NCBI GenBank assembly: GCA_027065125.1
Contig: JAMOOV010000180.1
Location: forward strand, 14,437-78,436
Origin: Campylobacterales bacterium
GTDB taxonomy: Bacteria > Campylobacterota > Campylobacteria > Campylobacterales > JALSKU01
Length of the DNA stretch: 64,000 nt
Direction: 5' to 3'
Part shown: positions 61,763 through 64,000 of the stretch, piece after piece
Layout: each line of letters opens with the position of its first letter
Position numbering within the stretch: the first letter of the stretch is position 1
Program-made: the position numbers and the translations under genes
Notes under the pieces: model-generated
The model's database searches: none
Seen by the model: only the letters and a program-made list of their open reading frames with translations
What the model was told of the DNA's origin: nothing

Positions 61763-62314
61763 TTATTTTGCTACGGAAACCATAGCTGGTCTTAAAACCC
61801 TATCTTTTATCTTATAACCTTTTTGAAGAAGTTCGACTATCTCGCCCTCTTCATGATCCTCGCTCTCAACTTGCATAACCGCATCGTGAAAATGAGGATT
61901 GAAACCCTCTTTGGTATCAATTAGCTCAATACCATGTTTTTGCATCACTTTTTTGAACTGCTCAATAGTAAGATTAATACCCTCTTTTAGTTTATCGGCA
62001 TATTCACTATCTTCACTATCAGCCTTTTTTGCCGAATCAGCGGCAAAATCCATAGAGTCAATAACAGGCAGCAAATCTCTGGCAAACTCTTCATTTGCAT
62101 AACTAACTGCTTGCATCTTCTCTCTTTCAAGCCTCTTTTTGATATTTTCAAAGTCAGCTAATTCTCGTAGATACTTATCTTCAAGTTCTTTATTTGTCTT
62201 TTTTAACTCCTCAATCTTTTGTTCTAATTCATCCACAGAAACCTCATCTGTACTGTCATCTTCTTCTATATTATCTTCTATATCTTTTTCGTGTTTATTT
62301 TCCATTTTGTCCAT
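61763..62314 (-). CDS. grpE: nucleotide exchange factor GrpE
   Basis: The ATG at 62314 is preceded by AAGGAGGTGAT; the track ORF starts at 62338. Acidic N-terminus, coiled coil, and C-terminal HEAV-like region (HFHDAVMQVE) with RVLRPAMV. Confidence 0.9.
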   Translation of the reverse strand: MDKMENKHEKDIEDNIEEDDSTDEVSVDELEQKIEELKKTNKELEDKYLRELADFENIKKRLEREKMQAVSYANEEFARDLLPVIDSMDFAADSAKKADSEDSEYADKLKEGINLTIEQFKKVMQKHGIELIDTKEGFNPHFHDAVMQVESEDHEEGEIVELLQKGYKIKDRVLRPAMVSVAK

Positions 62315-62315
62315 A

Positions 62316-63170
62316 TCACCTCCTTGTACAAATTTCATTTAAAAACTCTTTATATGAATTATCAACTTTTCCTACACATAAAAAGTTTACCTCTTTTTTG
62401 TCTATTTTAGCTTCATGTTTCATAGCCATATAGCCTTTTGGAACCAACTCCTCAAAATATATGCCATTTTCGACTTTTTCAAATATTGAAGAGTGCATAA
62501 AGTTTTCAATATTTATATTGCAATAATCATAATATTTCGACATTTCATACAAAACATCTTTTTTCTCTTTTAAAACTATATTGGCTTCCAAAAGTTGCTC
62601 AATCTTTTTTCTAAGTTCATAAAGTCCTACATTGATAGATATATTTTTTATTTTGTTTATATCATATCCTATTAAATTAGTCAAAAATCTCTCAACTTTT
62701 TCATTATATTCCAAAACAACACTACTATTTTGAAAAATTATCAATAAAAATCTATCATCGACATTTATAATTTCGCTCAATTTAGATTCATCTTTATATT
62801 GTAATATACAATATACATCAAATTCTTTTATCCATTTTTTCAATTCATAGACACTACTACCTATATCCAATTCGTCAATATCGGAAAATCTTTCTATCCA
62901 ATACCTCTTTAATGCCTCCCAAGTAGGAACTCTCCCGCTACTTGTATGAAGTTGTCTAAGTATGCCTTCGTATGATAATTTTTTAAAATAGACTCTTATG
63001 GTTGAAGGAGAGATATCTATATCCAATTTCTCTCTTAACTCATTAGAGCCAATAGGCATACTGTGTTTTAAATACTCTTCAATAATAGTATTTAAAATAA
63101 TCTCTTTTTTGTCCACAACTTCTCCCGTTAGCAAAGTTTTTATAGATGAATTTATGCTTTTAGCACTCAC
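62316..63170 (-). CDS. hrcA: heat-inducible transcription repressor HrcA
   Basis: wHTH PIGSNELREKL...STIRVYFKKLSYEGILRQLHTSSGRVPT. The GTG at 63170 lies inside the CIRCE-like half-site. An internal GTG giving (M)DKKEIILNTIIEEYL would match usual HrcA N-termini better. Confidence 0.85.
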   Translation of the reverse strand: MSAKSINSSIKTLLTGEVVDKKEIILNTIIEEYLKHSMPIGSNELREKLDIDISPSTIRVYFKKLSYEGILRQLHTSSGRVPTWEALKRYWIERFSDIDELDIGSSVYELKKWIKEFDVYCILQYKDESKLSEIINVDDRFLLIIFQNSSVVLEYNEKVERFLTNLIGYDINKIKNISINVGLYELRKKIEQLLEANIVLKEKKDVLYEMSKYYDYCNINIENFMHSSIFEKVENGIYFEELVPKGYMAMKHEAKIDKKEVNFLCVGKVDNSYKEFLNEICTRR

Positions 63171-63220
63171 TCATCTCTTTTGCTGATGAAATTATACAAC
63201 ATTGAGTGCTATAATGTCAA
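63158..63220 (-). promoter_or_regulatory. hrcA-grpE-dnaK promoter (TTGACA-N18-TATAAT) embraced by a CIRCE-like inverted repeat with a 33-nt spacer
   Basis: On the minus strand, TTGACA is at 63220-63215 and TATAAT at 63196-63191. The half-sites are TTATAGCACTCA (63214-63203) and TGAGTGCTAAAA (63169-63158). The right half matches CIRCE GAGTGCTAA exactly. The left half matches TTAGCACTC at 8/9. Confidence 0.6.
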
Positions 63221-63250
63221 GTATTTTATATAAAAAATTGTATAAATTAA

Positions 63251-63271
63251 CTTGAGCCTATATAACTCAAT
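63251..63271. promoter_or_regulatory. HAIR-like inverted repeat (candidate HspR operator)
   Basis: CTTGAGC-ctatata-ACTCAAT versus the HAIR consensus CTTGAGT-N7-ACTCAAG (12/14). It lies about 30-55 bp upstream of the hrcA -35 box, in the divergent hrcA/MFS spacer. Confidence 0.5.
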
Positions 63272-63333
63272 GTTAAAGCTTTACTTTTTTTAAGCATTAC
63301 AATAGTATAATCGCATTTTTAAAAGGAAAAATC

Positions 63334-64000
63334 TTGAAAAATGCCAAAGTCAACAAACTATCAAATCATATCAAAAATGTTTTACATGGTTTTTTCCTTG
63401 GCATAGGCACAGCTATAGCCGAGCCATCTACAATACTCCCCTTGATAGTTCATCACTTTAGCTCAAGCTCGATATTGGTAGGTTTTTTTGTAGCTCTTTT
63501 AAGAGGCGGGGCTATTTTAGTGCAAATGTTTGCCGCTTTTTATGCTCAAAGCTTCTCGCTCGTACTTCCATTTTTAAAGAGAGTTTTTCTCGTTAGATTT
63601 TTAGCTTGGTTTAGTATAGGTTTTGCGATACTCGTTATAGGAGAAAAGTCAAATACACTTACACTTTTTTTTATAGGACTTGGTCTTTTCTTTTTCAGTT
63701 TTTCCGCGGGATTTGGAGCTATATATTTCAGAGAAATTATGGCCAAAATGTTTACCCACAAATATCGTGGTTTTACTATGGCTTATAGACAATTTTTCAC
63801 AGGACTCGGTTCAATACTTAGCGGTGTTGCTGCCGGATGGGTATTAAACCATTATGAAGCTCCGAAAAGTTATGGATATCTTTTTATCATAAGTGCTATT
63901 TTTATGGGTTTTGGATTTTTAGCTTTTGCAAGAGTTGAAGAGCCTAAAAAAGAGAATATCTCTTTAAAAGAGTCAAGTTTTAAAAAATTTCTAAAAAACT
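63334..64000 (+). CDS. MFS-type transporter, N-terminal part (runs off the window end)
   Basis: TTG at 63334 with an AAGGA RBS. The frame stays open to 64000 (so it is absent from the ORF track). The translation has successive hydrophobic helices (LHGFFLGIGTAIAEPSTILPLIV..., FLAWFSIGFAILVIG..., FFIGLGLFFFSFSAGFGAIYF...). Confidence 0.6.
   Translation, partial: MKNAKVNKLSNHIKNVLHGFFLGIGTAIAEPSTILPLIVHHFSSSSILVGFFVALLRGGAILVQMFAAFYAQSFSLVLPFLKRVFLVRFLAWFSIGFAILVIGEKSNTLTLFFIGLGLFFFSFSAGFGAIYFREIMAKMFTHKYRGFTMAYRQFFTGLGSILSGVAAGWVLNHYEAPKSYGYLFIISAIFMGFGFLAFARVEEPKKENISLKESSFKKFLKN

Overview
AT-rich chromosomal segment (about 30% GC by eye) that looks like a Campylobacter-type member of the Campylobacterota. 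DnaK is close to what I recall of Campylobacter DnaK. Several gene blocks follow the order known from C. jejuni / H. pylori: gatC...cvpA-fur-lysS-glyA...aroE, guaA...purD-RDD-lptD...pnp, DHH-flhA...rpsO, and hrcA-grpE-dnaK. I support about 65 protein genes, mostly housekeeping, plus one tRNA-Leu(GAG). I also call a ~215-nt rod-shaped RNA with a central bubble just upstream of purD, which I read as a 6S RNA candidate. I see no rRNA, CRISPR/cas, prophage or recognisable defence operon.

Non-core or unusual material:
- A tandem pair of ~200-bp GC-enriched, hairpin-dense units between guaA and a modD-like gene. This is my best candidate for undescribed biology: a structured ncRNA or a type I toxin-antitoxin-like module.
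- A 1.85-kb decayed insertion site after rpsO, holding an XRE-HTH gene, a 48-aa ORF, an IS1634-like fragment and an internally deleted IS256-like transposase.
- A heptanucleotide repeat inside the 5' end of galE.
- An hrcA promoter with a split CIRCE-like inverted repeat plus a HAIR-like box.
- An outer-membrane-barrel / YfiR-like / GGDEF-EAL operon.
- A beta-CASP / P3A-type ATPase / MgtC-DUF4010 / LOG gene row.
- A pilT-GGDEF pair inserted into the gatC-cvpA-fur block.
- An AAA/DUF4143-type ATPase whose promoter is bracketed by two identical palindromes.

All protein calls are motif and family recognition by eye from the supplied translations. No database search or computation was run.
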